Assembly: GCA_963736855.1 (NCBI GenBank)
Contig: CAVTQK010000015.1
Span: 640,001-704,000 of the forward strand
DNA from: an uncultured delta proteobacterium
GTDB taxonomy: Bacteria; Desulfobacterota; Desulfobacteria; Desulfobacterales; UBA2156
Reading direction: 5' to 3'
Length of the DNA stretch: 64,000 nt
Part shown: one piece after another, positions 52,568-63,730 of the stretch
Position numbering within the stretch: the stretch's first letter is position 1
Layout of the letters: each line of letters begins with the position of its first letter
Translations under genes and position numbers: made by a program
The notes under the pieces: generated by a model
Database searches by the model: none
What the model was told of the DNA's origin: nothing
Seen by the model: the letters and a program-made list of their open reading frames with translations, nothing else

Positions 52568-53614
52568 ATGGAGCGGATGGAGTATTTCATCAGGCGGATT
52601 TTGTTGGTTGTTCCCACATTTATCGGGATTACCGTCTTGTGTTTCGGCCTCATCCAGTTTGTCCCCGGAGGTCCCGTGGAGCAGGCAATCATGCAGATGA
52701 AAGGGATCGGCTCTGGGGAAGGGGCCGGTAGGGCGTCCGGGTTTCAGGTCTCCATCTCCGAAGAACAGCGGAAGGCCCTGGAGGTGCATTTCGGCTTTGA
52801 CCGGCCGTTTTACAAGCGCTACTGGAAATGGCTGGTTAAGGATCGGCTTGGAATGAGGATGGAATCCTATAAGTTTCCCAACAAGACCGCCTGGCAGCTG
52901 ATCTTCGAACGGTTTCAGGTTTCTCTGATTTTCGGCATCACCGGTTTCGTCCTTTCCTATCTGGTCTGCATCCCTTTGGGAATCTATAAGGCCCTCAAGC
53001 ACCAGAAGAGTTTTGATTTCCTATCTAGTGTGGCGGTGTTTGTGGGATATGCCATCCCTCCCTTTGCCTTTGGAATGGTCCTGAAGATGTTTTTTTGCGG
53101 AACGGTGGAAGCCTTTTGGGACTTCTTCCCGGTGACGGGATTCTACTCGGACGGCTTCGAGAGCCTATCGGTGTGGGGGAAAACGATGGATATTGCATGG
53201 CACATGGCCCTCCCCGTCCTTTGCTATGTCGTCGGAAATTTTGCGATCCTGACACTCTTGATGAAGAATTCCCTTCTGGAACAGATCGGCAAAGATTACA
53301 TTCGGACCGTCCTGGCAAAGGGAGGGGGCTTCTCCAGGGCGGTTTGGGGGCACGCCTTCCGCAACTCCCTGATCCCCATCGCCACCGGTTTCGGCTCCAT
53401 TTTGACCGTCATGTTTGCCGGATCGGTAATTATAGAGCAGGTCTTTGAAATTCCAGGGATGGGGCGTTTGAGCCTGGAGGCCATCGTGGGCCGGGACTAC
53501 CCGGTTTTCATGGGGATCCTTTCCCTGACCTCTATTTTAGGGCTTGTCGGAAATATTCTGTCGGATTTTACTTATGTGCTTATCGACCCGAGAATTCATT
53601 TCCAGGGAAACTGA
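52568..53614 (+). CDS. Oligopeptide ABC transporter permease (YejB/OppB-like)
   Basis: YFIRRILL, PGGPVEQ, DYIRTVLAKG, HAFRNSLIP and DPRI. Confidence 0.92.
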   Translation: MERMEYFIRRILLVVPTFIGITVLCFGLIQFVPGGPVEQAIMQMKGIGSGEGAGRASGFQVSISEEQRKALEVHFGFDRPFYKRYWKWLVKDRLGMRMESYKFPNKTAWQLIFERFQVSLIFGITGFVLSYLVCIPLGIYKALKHQKSFDFLSSVAVFVGYAIPPFAFGMVLKMFFCGTVEAFWDFFPVTGFYSDGFESLSVWGKTMDIAWHMALPVLCYVVGNFAILTLLMKNSLLEQIGKDYIRTVLAKGGGFSRAVWGHAFRNSLIPIATGFGSILTVMFAGSVIIEQVFEIPGMGRLSLEAIVGRDYPVFMGILSLTSILGLVGNILSDFTYVLIDPRIHFQGN

Positions 53615-53677
53615 TAGGCCTTGAAGTCCATGATTCACAATACCTAATACCTGATCGCTCTAACCTGAGTTCGAATC

Positions 53678-55282
53678 ATGCCCATCCTTCTTAAAAACCC
53701 CATTACCCGGAAAAGACTGGCCCGCTTCAAAGAGGTCAGACATGCGTGGGCCTCCATGTGGATCCTCATTGGGCTTTACCTGATCAGTCTTTGCGCGGAG
53801 TTGATCTCCAACGGCAATCCCCTGTATATTCGCTTCAAAGGGCACTCCTATTTTCCGGCATTTTTCTTTTATTCGGAAGAGACTTTCATTGAAGGGGGAA
53901 GAAAAACCCGTCCGGACTATAAGGCCATCAGCGCCATGGAGATGTTCATGAAAGATCCTGCCAACAGGATGGTTTTTTCTCCAATTTCTTTTGGACCCTT
54001 TGAAAGCATTGATCCGGCATCGATACCGGTATCCGAAGATGTCGTGGTCCTGCTGACCCCCATTCAGGCCGTTGGATCGGTCAACGTCGATAAAGCCTTT
54101 TCCATCGTCAGTTCCCTGTCGTTTGCTCCCTTTACAGGAGAAGGGGAGGGCCGCCTCTTAGGAAAAGATTTAAGGCTGATCTTTCATCTTTCCCCTGACA
54201 TCGTCGCGGCGATAAAGGCACGGTTTACCAATGCGTCCGCCCCTCCCTTTGCCGAGGAAGTCGAAGGCAAAAACGACTCAAGGGTGCGGGTGTATCTTTC
54301 CACCTTCACTCCTCGTGATGTTCCTCCGGAAAGCGTCCGGCTGACCTTCAGAGAAACGGAGGTTCCGGACGCGATGGAGAAGATGCAGACCGTTTTCAGC
54401 CGCCAGGACGACGCAATAAAAGCCGGTGAAAAGCGGTTTCCGATGATACAATCCCTTTCGCCCGAAGACCGTCGCATGATTTTCGAGCAAGTTGAAAACC
54501 GGTTTCGGGGTCCTGTGGAGCCGTTCTTTTTGACCCATCAAAATCGCCGTTTCCAGGTGGAGTTATTAAAAGAAGAGGTGCGCTTTCCCTATCCGCCGAC
54601 TAAGGGACATTGGATGGGAATCGATGCCGCCGGAAGGGATGTCCTGGCAAGGATCCTTTATGGATTAAGGACTTCGCTGACGTTCGGCCTGTTGCTGGTG
54701 GCCGGATCCATGGCCCTGGGAATTTTTGCCGGCGCGATCCAGGGTTACTACGGGGGCCTGCTCGACATCACCGCCCAGAGGTTTATCGAAATATGGAGCG
54801 CTCTGCCGTTTTTATACATCATGATCCTAATGGGGTCCGTGTACGGCAGGAGTTTCTCCTTGCTGCTTTTTTGTTACGGACTATTCAACTGGATCGGGAT
54901 TTCCTATTACGCCCGGGGGGAGTTTTTAAGGCTCAGGCGACAGGCCTTTGTGGAGGCGGCCCGGTGTATGGGGATATCCACGCCTAAAATTCTGTTTCGG
55001 CATATCCTTCCCAATGCCCTGGTACCTGTCATTACCTTTTTCCCCTTTTCATTGGTGGGAGCCATTGGCTCCCTCGCTGCCCTGGATTATCTCGGTTTTG
55101 GACTTCCCCCCCCCACACCGAGTTGGGGGGAACTTCTGTTTCAGGCCCAGCAATATCGATGGGCGTGGTGGCTGATTCTGTATCCCTCCGGGGCCTTGTT
55201 TATAGTAATGCTGCTGGGCGTATTCATCGGGGAAGGGGTCCGAAACGCCTATGACCCGAAGCGGTATGCCCGGATGGAGTAA
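53678..55282 (+). CDS. Oligopeptide ABC transporter permease (YejE/OppC-like) with a long insertion
   Basis: HWMGIDAAGRDVLAR, FVEAAR..G, RHILPNA and PSWG. Confidence 0.9.
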   Translation: MPILLKNPITRKRLARFKEVRHAWASMWILIGLYLISLCAELISNGNPLYIRFKGHSYFPAFFFYSEETFIEGGRKTRPDYKAISAMEMFMKDPANRMVFSPISFGPFESIDPASIPVSEDVVVLLTPIQAVGSVNVDKAFSIVSSLSFAPFTGEGEGRLLGKDLRLIFHLSPDIVAAIKARFTNASAPPFAEEVEGKNDSRVRVYLSTFTPRDVPPESVRLTFRETEVPDAMEKMQTVFSRQDDAIKAGEKRFPMIQSLSPEDRRMIFEQVENRFRGPVEPFFLTHQNRRFQVELLKEEVRFPYPPTKGHWMGIDAAGRDVLARILYGLRTSLTFGLLLVAGSMALGIFAGAIQGYYGGLLDITAQRFIEIWSALPFLYIMILMGSVYGRSFSLLLFCYGLFNWIGISYYARGEFLRLRRQAFVEAARCMGISTPKILFRHILPNALVPVITFFPFSLVGAIGSLAALDYLGFGLPPPTPSWGELLFQAQQYRWAWWLILYPSGALFIVMLLGVFIGEGVRNAYDPKRYARME

Positions 55283-55284
55283 TT

Positions 55285-56253
55285 ATGAAACCTCTGCTGC
55301 AGGTCAAAGGGCTCTCCGTATCGTTTACCACAGACGAGGCTGCCTTTAGAGTAGTAGATGATGTTACTTTTCATGTTTCGGCCGGTGAGATCGTGGGTCT
55401 GGTGGGGGAGTCCGGGTGCGGCAAATCGGTGACGGCGCTAAGCGTTCTCAGGCTCATCCCGTCCCCTCCGGGAAAAATCGAATCCGGACAGATTCTATTT
55501 AAGGGAGAAGACCTCCTCAAGGTCGGCGTTGCCCGGATGCAAAATTTAAGGGGAAAAGAAATCAGTATGATTTTTCAGGAGCCCATGTCGGCCCTTTCGC
55601 CCTTGCATCGGATCGGATACCAGCTGGTCGAGGCGGTCTCGCTGCACCGGGCGCTTTCGAAAAAAGAGGCCTGGAATCTGGCAGAAAGCTGCTTGAAAAA
55701 AGTGAGCCTCCCGGATGCCGGTCAGAAAATGTTTGCCTATCCCTACCAGCTTTCCGGAGGGATGCAACAACGGGTGATGATCGCCATGGCCCTGCTTCTA
55801 GAGCCGGATCTCGTCATTGCCGACGAACCCACTACGGCACTGGACGTTACGGTTCAGGCACAGATATTCGAACTTTTACAGGAAATGCGGAAGGAACACA
55901 CCGCCGTGCTCCTCATTACCCATGATATGGGGGTCATCTGGGAAATGTGTGATCGGGTCATCGTCATGTACGCTGCCCGGGTGGTGGAAGAAGCTCGCAG
56001 AGATACCCTTTTTCAAAGTCCGGCCCATCCTTACACCCAGGGCCTCTTGGCATCCAGCCCGAAACCGGTGCGTAATAAAACCCGGCTTAAGGCTATCCCC
56101 GGACAGGTGCCTTCACCGGTACATTACCTTTCCGGTTGTCGTTTCCGGGACCGATGTGCCCATGCCCATGGACGTTGTGAAAGGGAAATACCGGAATGGG
56201 CGGACTTGGGAGACGGGCACCGGGCCGCCTGTTTCCTGCTTACAAGAGGATAA
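55285..56253 (+). CDS. Oligopeptide ABC transporter ATPase (OppD-like)
   Basis: [28 protein letters not shown] and C-terminal cysteines. Confidence 0.95.
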   Translation: MKPLLQVKGLSVSFTTDEAAFRVVDDVTFHVSAGEIVGLVGESGCGKSVTALSVLRLIPSPPGKIESGQILFKGEDLLKVGVARMQNLRGKEISMIFQEPMSALSPLHRIGYQLVEAVSLHRALSKKEAWNLAESCLKKVSLPDAGQKMFAYPYQLSGGMQQRVMIAMALLLEPDLVIADEPTTALDVTVQAQIFELLQEMRKEHTAVLLITHDMGVIWEMCDRVIVMYAARVVEEARRDTLFQSPAHPYTQGLLASSPKPVRNKTRLKAIPGQVPSPVHYLSGCRFRDRCAHAHGRCEREIPEWADLGDGHRAACFLLTRG

Positions 56254-56256
56254 CCT

Positions 56257-57222
56257 GTGTCGGACCTGCATACCTCCATACTGGCGGTTCGGGATCTTAA
56301 AATGTATTTCCCGGTCAGGCGCGGCGTGATGTCTAGGACCGTGGGATATGTTTACGCAGTTGACGGGGTCACCTTTTCCATGGATAAAAAGGAGATCCTG
56401 GGTCTTGTGGGCGAATCCGGGTGCGGCAAGACGACTCTGGCCCGAACGATATTAATGTTGGAAAGACCGGTATCCGGGCAAGTCCTGTTTGACGGAAAAG
56501 ATCTTTTTAAATTGCGCCGGCAGGAGCTTGCAGGGCTTCGAAAGCGGCTGCAGATCATTTTCCAGGATCCGACAGCTTCCCTGAATCCCCGGATGAATAT
56601 ATTGGATATCCTGACCGAGGGGCTTTTGCAGCACGGCATGGTGGAAGGGAACCGGGAGGCCCATGCGAGAAAACTCTTGGCGGAAGTGGGATTGGATGGG
56701 GATGTGATCTACCGTTATCCCCACGAATTTTCAGGGGGCCAGCGCCAAAGAATCAGCATAGCCCGGGCGATTTCCTTAAGGCCTGATTTCATCGTTTGCG
56801 ATGAACCGGTCAGTTCCCTGGATGTCTCCGTTCAGGCTCAGATCATCAATCTTCTCTTGGACCTTCGGGAACGCCACGATCTCTCCTATCTCTTCATTTC
56901 GCACGATTTGAGCGTAGTGGGGTATGTTGCGGACCGGATCGCTGTGATGTATCTGGGTCGGATGGTGGAGATGGGACCCGCCGGGGACGTGGTTGAAGAT
57001 CCCCTGCATCCCTATTCCCAGGCCCTTCTTTCGGCGGCACCGGCTCCGGGAGTTTATCGAAAAAAGAGGATTATTCTTTCAGGAGAAACGCCGTCGCCTG
57101 TCGCCCCCCCTCCTGGGTGTGTCTTTCACCCCAGGTGCCCGAAAACCATGCCTGTTTGCCGGAAAGAAGTTCCCCTGGAAACCGTTTCAGGAAATCGCCG
57201 GGTTTGGTGCCATCTTTATTAA
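56257..57222 (+). CDS. Oligopeptide ABC transporter ATPase (OppF-like)
   Basis: GESGCGKT, FSGGQRQR, DEPVSSLD and HPYS. Confidence 0.95.
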   Translation: MSDLHTSILAVRDLKMYFPVRRGVMSRTVGYVYAVDGVTFSMDKKEILGLVGESGCGKTTLARTILMLERPVSGQVLFDGKDLFKLRRQELAGLRKRLQIIFQDPTASLNPRMNILDILTEGLLQHGMVEGNREAHARKLLAEVGLDGDVIYRYPHEFSGGQRQRISIARAISLRPDFIVCDEPVSSLDVSVQAQIINLLLDLRERHDLSYLFISHDLSVVGYVADRIAVMYLGRMVEMGPAGDVVEDPLHPYSQALLSAAPAPGVYRKKRIILSGETPSPVAPPPGCVFHPRCPKTMPVCRKEVPLETVSGNRRVWCHLY

Positions 57223-57240
57223 AAGCCGGCAACATATTCT

Positions 57241-58494
57241 TTATTGTTTTTTAACGGGTGACGGTGATTGCGCCTCCGGTCTGGTCTGTGCTTTCGCCTT
57301 CAAGTTCGAGACGATTTTTCGGGCGGCGTCCATTCGCCCTTTGACTATTTCGATCTGGTTTTTATCCAGTTCCATTGAGCCGGCCCGCTCAAGGTGGGCT
57401 ATCGCATTTTCCGCTCCCTCAAGGGTCCCCTTCCCAAGGGCCACGTCCGCCCTGTAAACCAGCAGCATGTAATCGATATGGTTCAAGCGCTTCTTCACCG
57501 ATACCTGTTGGGCCTCGTTGGTCGCATAGGAAGATGCGGTTTTCAGATATTGCTGGATTTCTTCCAAATCCGGAATGCCGCTGACGTCAAAAAGGGCATC
57601 CGCCTTATTGAGATAATAATCGAAAGTCAGGGAGAAGGCCTCCTCTTGGGAATAGCGGCTTTTCAGAGGCTCCGGAGCCTGCATGCCTGGAAGGACCATG
57701 AAGCGCTTCTCACCGATGGGGGCGAAACTCCCTTTCCATATTTCAATCCCGCCTTTCGCGGGCTTTACGGCATAACTTTTGGAATTGGAAGCGCTGACGG
57801 CGATGAGGACCAATATCAAGAGCCCAAATCCGGCAATGACGAATTTCATTGTTCGATCGACCGGATCCGCTCCTTTAAGGGGTGTCGGAGGTTGATAATG
57901 GATAACCTCCTCCTCAGGCTTTTTCTTTGGTTTGTCCACAGCAGGCGGTGCCTGGGTCGTTTCAGTCATCATGGTTTTCTTTTTGCCTTTCTCTTCAGCA
58001 GGTATAGTGTCTGGTTTGGATTCGGCCTTCTTTACAGGCGGGGATGGTTTTTCGGATACAGGGGCAGGAGTCGTTGATTCGCTTTTTTCAGGAGGCGGCT
58101 TTTGAGCCGGCTTTTCCGGGGGAGGCCGTGAAGGCAATTCTTTAAAATCGAATTTTTTAAATAGCAACGTTCTCAGTTCTTTGGTTTCCTCCTCGCTTTT
58201 TCCGGTAAAAAAAGGCGGGGCGGTAAAATCCGGGGCTTTTATTTCAGCCGGCGGGGTATACAATTGATCGGGTTGCCACGAGTCGAATTTTTTAAAGATC
58301 AATGATTCCTGGGAAGGCGCCTTTTCTTTTTTTTCTTTACCGGATGCCGCGTTGAGTTTTGCAGCCTCTTTGACGGGCGGTGTCTTCAAAGTGGAGGCGC
58401 TTTTAGGCGTGCCTTTAGGTTTTAGACTCTCGTTTTTTTTCTTACCGGCGGTCTTTTTCTTGGTGGTGGATTTGACCAGGCTGTTTTTACCCAT
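57241..58494 (-). CDS. Bitopic membrane protein with Lys/Pro-rich N-terminus
   Basis: About 215 aa low-complexity region, one TM segment, helical C-terminal domain. Confidence 0.7.
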   Translation of the reverse strand: MGKNSLVKSTTKKKTAGKKKNESLKPKGTPKSASTLKTPPVKEAAKLNAASGKEKKEKAPSQESLIFKKFDSWQPDQLYTPPAEIKAPDFTAPPFFTGKSEEETKELRTLLFKKFDFKELPSRPPPEKPAQKPPPEKSESTTPAPVSEKPSPPVKKAESKPDTIPAEEKGKKKTMMTETTQAPPAVDKPKKKPEEEVIHYQPPTPLKGADPVDRTMKFVIAGFGLLILVLIAVSASNSKSYAVKPAKGGIEIWKGSFAPIGEKRFMVLPGMQAPEPLKSRYSQEEAFSLTFDYYLNKADALFDVSGIPDLEEIQQYLKTASSYATNEAQQVSVKKRLNHIDYMLLVYRADVALGKGTLEGAENAIAHLERAGSMELDKNQIEIVKGRMDAARKIVSNLKAKAQTRPEAQSPSPVKKQ

Positions 58495-58628
58495 AACAAA
58501 CCCCTTTATTTATTGGATGTTGAGAAATGGAACCTCTGACTTAAGCAAAATCACCTATCAAAATGCACTCATTTTGTAAAGAATTTTTTGGTTATGGGGC
58601 ATAATGCCTATATCCGTTGAAACAAGCA

Positions 58629-58783
58629 TGATGGCTTCGTAAAAAGTCCATCTGCTGCGTTGCACTGCATCCTTCGTCATTGAGGAGTACCCATATGTAC
58701 GACTCATTCCTCAGGATTTGTGCGCCTTGCATCTGAAGCTTTTTACTTTACCATCCTAATTTTGAGTTTTTACGATTTCATCA
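58629..58783. mobile_element. MITE-like element, core type A
   Basis: Copy of 23860-24014; flanks AGCA/GGCA. Confidence 0.85.
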
Positions 58784-58834
58784 GGCATGAGGAAGGAAAT
58801 CTCTTTAAAAAAAGGATTCCTCGGCACGGAAGCC

Positions 58835-59647
58835 TCAGCGGCCGGTGTCCGTTTTCTTAGGGGTGAAGGTTACCGGGAGACGCAGGGAAAAGGTGGCTCC
58901 TTGTCCTTTATCGCTTTTCAGCCGGATGTCTCCGTCAAGGGATCGGGCCATGATAAGGGCACCGGCAAGGCCCAGCCCATGCCCTTTTCTGGAGAGCTTC
59001 ATCGACGCATCGGTGACCTGGACATACTGTCTGAAGACCAGTTTGTGATGTTTCGGATCGATGCCCGGGCCGTCGTCGGTTACTTCAATCAGGAGATAAT
59101 CGCCGGTCTCCTCCACATGGATATCGATCCGGTTTTTGCGATGATAAAGAGCATTTTTTAGCAGGTTTCCCAGGATCTGGCGAAATCGGGTTTCGTCCTG
59201 GCACATATGGATTCGACCGATGTGGGGGGATAAGTCTAAATAAATGCCGTCTTGTTCCAGGGTGTGCTGCAGTTCGGTAGGGTTGTTGATCCGGGTCGAT
59301 AGGTCGACATCGGGCGCCAGGCGGGTTTCAAGGGCATCGAGTATAACCTGGAGGATCACATGCGCCGGGTCGAATTGAACGCAACAACAGACCCCGGCTT
59401 CCGACCGGCCGACTTCCAAGAGACCGTTGAGCATCTCGCGCGCCTTAACGGCGTTTCTTAATGCGCGTTTCAGCGTCTTTTCCTGCTGCGCTGAAAGAGG
59501 TCCGAATTTGTCCTGTTTGTCCAGGAGGGTGCGCACGCCGGTTTCGACGATGGCAATGGGATCCTTCATTTCGTGGATGAGAAACTGGATTTCGATCTCC
59601 CGGAAAAAGCGCTCAGGGGTATCAATTTCCGTTGGGTTTGTCTGCAT
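58835..59647 (-). CDS. Histidine kinase without a sensor domain
   Basis: HEMKDP H-box, NLLKNA, DDGPGI and GHGLGL. Confidence 0.9.
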   Translation of the reverse strand: MQTNPTEIDTPERFFREIEIQFLIHEMKDPIAIVETGVRTLLDKQDKFGPLSAQQEKTLKRALRNAVKAREMLNGLLEVGRSEAGVCCCVQFDPAHVILQVILDALETRLAPDVDLSTRINNPTELQHTLEQDGIYLDLSPHIGRIHMCQDETRFRQILGNLLKNALYHRKNRIDIHVEETGDYLLIEVTDDGPGIDPKHHKLVFRQYVQVTDASMKLSRKGHGLGLAGALIMARSLDGDIRLKSDKGQGATFSLRLPVTFTPKKTDTGR

Positions 59648-59662
59648 TTCGATATTTCCTTT

Positions 59663-61665
59663 TTATTTCAACGCTGTTTTGGATTTCTGTTTCCTTGCCG
59701 GTGCCGGCGCAAATTGGATGGTGATGGTCGTCCCTCCGGACTCGATGCAGTCGCGCTCACTTTTACAGTGCCGACAGTCGGCGGTATCGCCTGGACAGAC
59801 GTCGGCGTCCAAGGGGATAAATCGGCAGCGATGGGATTCGACGCCAATGGCAAATTGGTAGCGCTCCGAGAAAATTTTAATGCGCAGAAGGTCGAATCCT
59901 TTTCCTCCCGCATTGAAGTCATAAGGCGTTTTTGTTGCATAACTGGCGGTGTCATAGGTGACGAAATGGTTTTGAAACACCATACGCTGTTTTTCCGCGG
60001 TCATGCCGATTCCGCAATCCGCAACCACAAATACCGGTCCTTCCTTTCGATCAGCTACGCGGATTTCTATTCGGCTCCCGTCCGGCGTGTTTTGAACTGC
60101 GTTACGAATGATACCGTCGACGGTTTTTTGCAGGACTTCCGGCGGGATCCAGATGGGAGGCATTTTTTCGTAATGTTCGACGATATGGCACTTTCGATGG
60201 CTAAAGAGAGGACGCGTCGCCTTGAGGCGCGCTTTTACAAACGTATCCAGTCGGATTCTTTCGGCTTTAGCCTCTTTAGGTCCGAACAGCGTATTGATCC
60301 GTTTTCTCAATCGCCCGACGAGCGTATCCACATCATCGCCTCTATCCGGATCTGCAGAAGCGGGATGCATTTCTTGTGTCTCGGTTTCCACAAGAGCCTC
60401 CAACTCATCCGCACAAGCGTCTAAAAGGGTCGACAGCATCATATGAGCCGTGTATCCTTTTTCTTCAACGATATCATCCAGCTCATATTGCATCTCAAGA
60501 AGACGGTCTAAATTTCTCTGGGCACGATCCAGGATTCGCCTCCAGCGCATATCCACGGCAGCGGCCTCGACCTTTTTTCTAGAAGACCCAAAGAGGCGCT
60601 TAAGATCGATACCGGTGTCTTGAGTTCATGAGAAAGGTGATGAATGATGTTATCCTTGGCGCTGTTGAGGCTTTTGACCTCTTTATAGGAGCGTTCTAGC
60701 TCCTCGTTGATCCTTGCATTTTCGATGGGGAAGGCCACGGTCCCGGCAATGGTGGAAAGAAGGGCCACATCATCCTGTGTGAAGATCCCGTCCCTTTTAT
60801 TAACGGCGCACAGTACACCGATCATTCGGTCCTGGATCCAGATGGGCACATCCAGCATGTTTCGGGTTTTGTAGCCGGAGAGTTTGTCTACGATGCTGTA
60901 AAAGTCGGGGTTGCTGTAAGGGTCGGGAGCAATAACGTGCTCTCCTGTTCGATACACTAGACCGGCGACTCCTTTGTTCAGAGGAAACCGGATTTCCTGA
61001 ATCCGTCGGATGGTTTCCATACTCTCATAATCGGCCACACGGAAAAAAAACTCATTTTTCGCCTTGTCGACCAAAATGACGGATGCGCCGTCGACGCCGA
61101 TGAGTTTGCGGACCTCTTGAACGACCACTGCAAGCCTTTCATCGAGAGATCGGAATTGGACCAGGGCCGTCGCCATGTGAAAAAGGGCTTGGCTGGTTTG
61201 GGCGGCCCGTTTTTCCGCGGTGATGTCCCGGGCGATTCCGCGAAAACCCACCTTGTTTCCTTTATCATCGAGAATGAGCTTGGCAGAGATTTCAAGAATG
61301 CGTGTTCGACCGTCTTTGCGGATGATCTCCCAGATGATGTTGGTAATCCCTTTGCCGGTGCGGAATACACGGTTGGTACTTTCAAAGGCCCTTTGAGCGT
61401 TTTCTGCATTCATGAATCTGCGGAAGTTCTGGCCCTGTATCTCCTTTTTTCTATATCCGAAAATACGGCATAGCGCATTGTTGAAAAACGTGAAGTAGCC
61501 CTTCAGATCGGTTTCATAGAAGGCATCCGCCACATCTTCGATAAAGACGCGGTATCGATCTTGATAGGTTCTCGAGTTTACAGGATTTCGACAGAAACCG
61601 TCTGCTGCATCCATAGATTTTTTAGGACGCGATCCGTGATCAGATTCTCTTTGAGTGTTGGCCAT
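59663..61665 (-). CDS. PAS-GAF sensor histidine kinase, frameshifted near 60575
   Basis: PAS (FFNNALC..FGY), GAF (NMLDVP, AVNK), SHELKTP; HATPase (NAVQNT, DCGIGM, GKGFDL) in the second ORF. Confidence 0.88.
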
Positions 61666-61728
61666 CTTTCGGCTGCTTCATTGGGTTTCAGCTAAAACCA
61701 TAAAGAATATTGATACCCAATTCGGAGA

Positions 61729-63030
61729 TCAACCCTTAGGCCGCTCATCGATCACGCGCAGGGCTTTTCCTTCACTTCGGGTAATGGTTTTAGGTGCTAA
61801 AATATCCACCTTCACTCCGATTCCCATCATCCCCTTGATGTGAGCGGCAATTTTTTTCTCCACTTCGGATCGCTTTTCGGTCCCTATGTCATAGACTTCA
61901 GGCTTGGCTTCAACCCGAACGGTTAGGTTGTCGAGGTATCCTTTCTTACGGATTACTAAAACATACTGGGGCAGCACTTCTTCTACATCCAGAAGGAGGG
62001 CTTCGATTTGGGACGGGAAGACATTGACGCCGCTGATGATGAGCATGTCGTCGGAGCGCCCGGTGATTTTATCCATCTTAATAAATGTTCTGCCGCAGGC
62101 GCATTTTTCCCGACGCAGACGACTGATGTCTTTGGTGCGGTATCGGATCATGGGCATGGCCCTGCGTTGGAGGGCGGTGAAGATGAGTTCCCCGCTTTCG
62201 CCCATGGGAACGGGCTCCAATGTCACCGGGTCAACGATTTCAGCCAGGTAATGGTCTTCGTTGATATGGAGACCGTCCTGTGCCTCGCAATCGAAAGCCA
62301 AGCCGGGTCCGCCGAGCTCTGTGAGACCATAAGCCTCCATAGCCTTGATTCCCATCCGGACCTCGATTTCGTCTCTCATGGCAATAGTCCAGGGTTCTGC
62401 TCCGAACACCCCTACTCGCATGGGGAGTTTTCGGATATCTACTTTCATTTCTTCTGCGCGTTCCGCGATAGTCAGAGCATAAGACGGGGTACAAAAGAGA
62501 GCGGTTGATCCGAAATCTTTCATGAGGGTGATTTGTCTTTCGGTCATGCCCGAGCTGGTGGGGACTACCGTGCAACCGAGCCGGCAGGCGCCCTGATGAA
62601 ATCCCAATCCGCCTGTGAAAAGGCCATGCCCGTAAGCGTTCTGGGCGATATCGGTCGGCCGCACGCCGGCAGCCCAGAGGTTTCGGGCCATGCATTCCGT
62701 CCATTGATCCAGGTCTTCGGCGGTGTAAGGTCCGGTGATCGGTTTCCCGGTGGTGCCGGAGGAGGCGTGGACACGAACGACCTTATCCATAGGGACTGCA
62801 CACAGACCGAAAGGATAATGGTCGCGCAGATCGTTTTTAACCGTCATCGGAAGCTTGCTGATATCTTCGAGGTGCTTGATATCGACCGGTTTGATGCTGC
62901 ATTCATCAAATTTATTCCGATAGAAGGGAATTTTTACGTAAACCCATTCCAGAGTTTCTTTCAGTTTTTTCAACTGAAATTCCTGAAGCTTATCGACGGG
63001 CATGGTTTCAAATTGATCATCCCAGGGCAT
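61729..63030 (-). CDS. paaK: Phenylacetate--CoA ligase family protein
   Basis: HASSGTTGKP, GLFTGGLG, YGLTE, RYRTKD and GRSDDM. Confidence 0.92.
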   Translation of the reverse strand: MPWDDQFETMPVDKLQEFQLKKLKETLEWVYVKIPFYRNKFDECSIKPVDIKHLEDISKLPMTVKNDLRDHYPFGLCAVPMDKVVRVHASSGTTGKPITGPYTAEDLDQWTECMARNLWAAGVRPTDIAQNAYGHGLFTGGLGFHQGACRLGCTVVPTSSGMTERQITLMKDFGSTALFCTPSYALTIAERAEEMKVDIRKLPMRVGVFGAEPWTIAMRDEIEVRMGIKAMEAYGLTELGGPGLAFDCEAQDGLHINEDHYLAEIVDPVTLEPVPMGESGELIFTALQRRAMPMIRYRTKDISRLRREKCACGRTFIKMDKITGRSDDMLIISGVNVFPSQIEALLLDVEEVLPQYVLVIRKKGYLDNLTVRVEAKPEVYDIGTEKRSEVEKKIAAHIKGMMGIGVKVDILAPKTITRSEGKALRVIDERPKG

Positions 63031-63068
63031 TTCCTTCCTCCTTGACTAATTTTAAGTGGATGCGTTTC

Positions 63069-63662
63069 TTATGATCGTGCCGCGGCTGAAAAGCCCAGCT
63101 CGAAGGCTTTAAGATTAATATCCGAAAAGGCCTTTTTGGTTTTGCTTCTGATGATGGTTTTCACATGATCCGCCGTCAATGGAACGGTGCCGGTTTGGAT
63201 CAATGCTCCTAAAAGGACCATGTTGACGGCCATAATACTTCCCACCTCTTTGGCGATGTTGGTAGCGTTGAAAGCGATGAGTTTTCCGGTCTTTTTCCGG
63301 ATCAGATCCTGTAGCTGCTTCAGATTCGGATACACCCCTTTTCCGATGTTGACCGTAAAAGGCATGATAGGAGAAAGGTTTGTGATGACCAGTGTTTTTG
63401 CGTTGCATTTGTTCAGGGCGCGAAGCGTTTCCGAGGGCTCAAAGCCCATCAGGACATCGGCCTCCCCGTCTGAGATAATGGTACTATCGGCCTCCCCGAA
63501 TACGACGGCGGATTCCACCACGCCTCCCCGTTGGGCCATGCCGTGGATTTCGCTCATACGGATCGGGATGTTCGCTAAGAGCGCCGCTTCCCCCAGTACT
63601 TTGGAAGCAAGCAGATTCCCCTGTCCCCCGACCGCTACGATGATGACTCGCGTTGTGTCCAT
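63069..63662 (-). CDS. iorB: Indolepyruvate:ferredoxin oxidoreductase beta subunit
   Basis: VGGQG, SEIHGMAQRGG and NMVLLGA. Confidence 0.93.
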   Translation of the reverse strand: MDTTRVIIVAVGGQGNLLASKVLGEAALLANIPIRMSEIHGMAQRGGVVESAVVFGEADSTIISDGEADVLMGFEPSETLRALNKCNAKTLVITNLSPIMPFTVNIGKGVYPNLKQLQDLIRKKTGKLIAFNATNIAKEVGSIMAVNMVLLGALIQTGTVPLTADHVKTIIRSKTKKAFSDINLKAFELGFSAAARS

Positions 63663-63730
63663 TTGCTCAAATCCTATCTTTTATGATGTGTTTAAAGGCC
63701 GGATCATTCCAAAATGGAATCCGGGAGCGA

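Noticed and set aside
53636..53660. AATACCT heptamer repeat between the ABC permease genes
   Set aside because: Only two units; insufficient evidence of function
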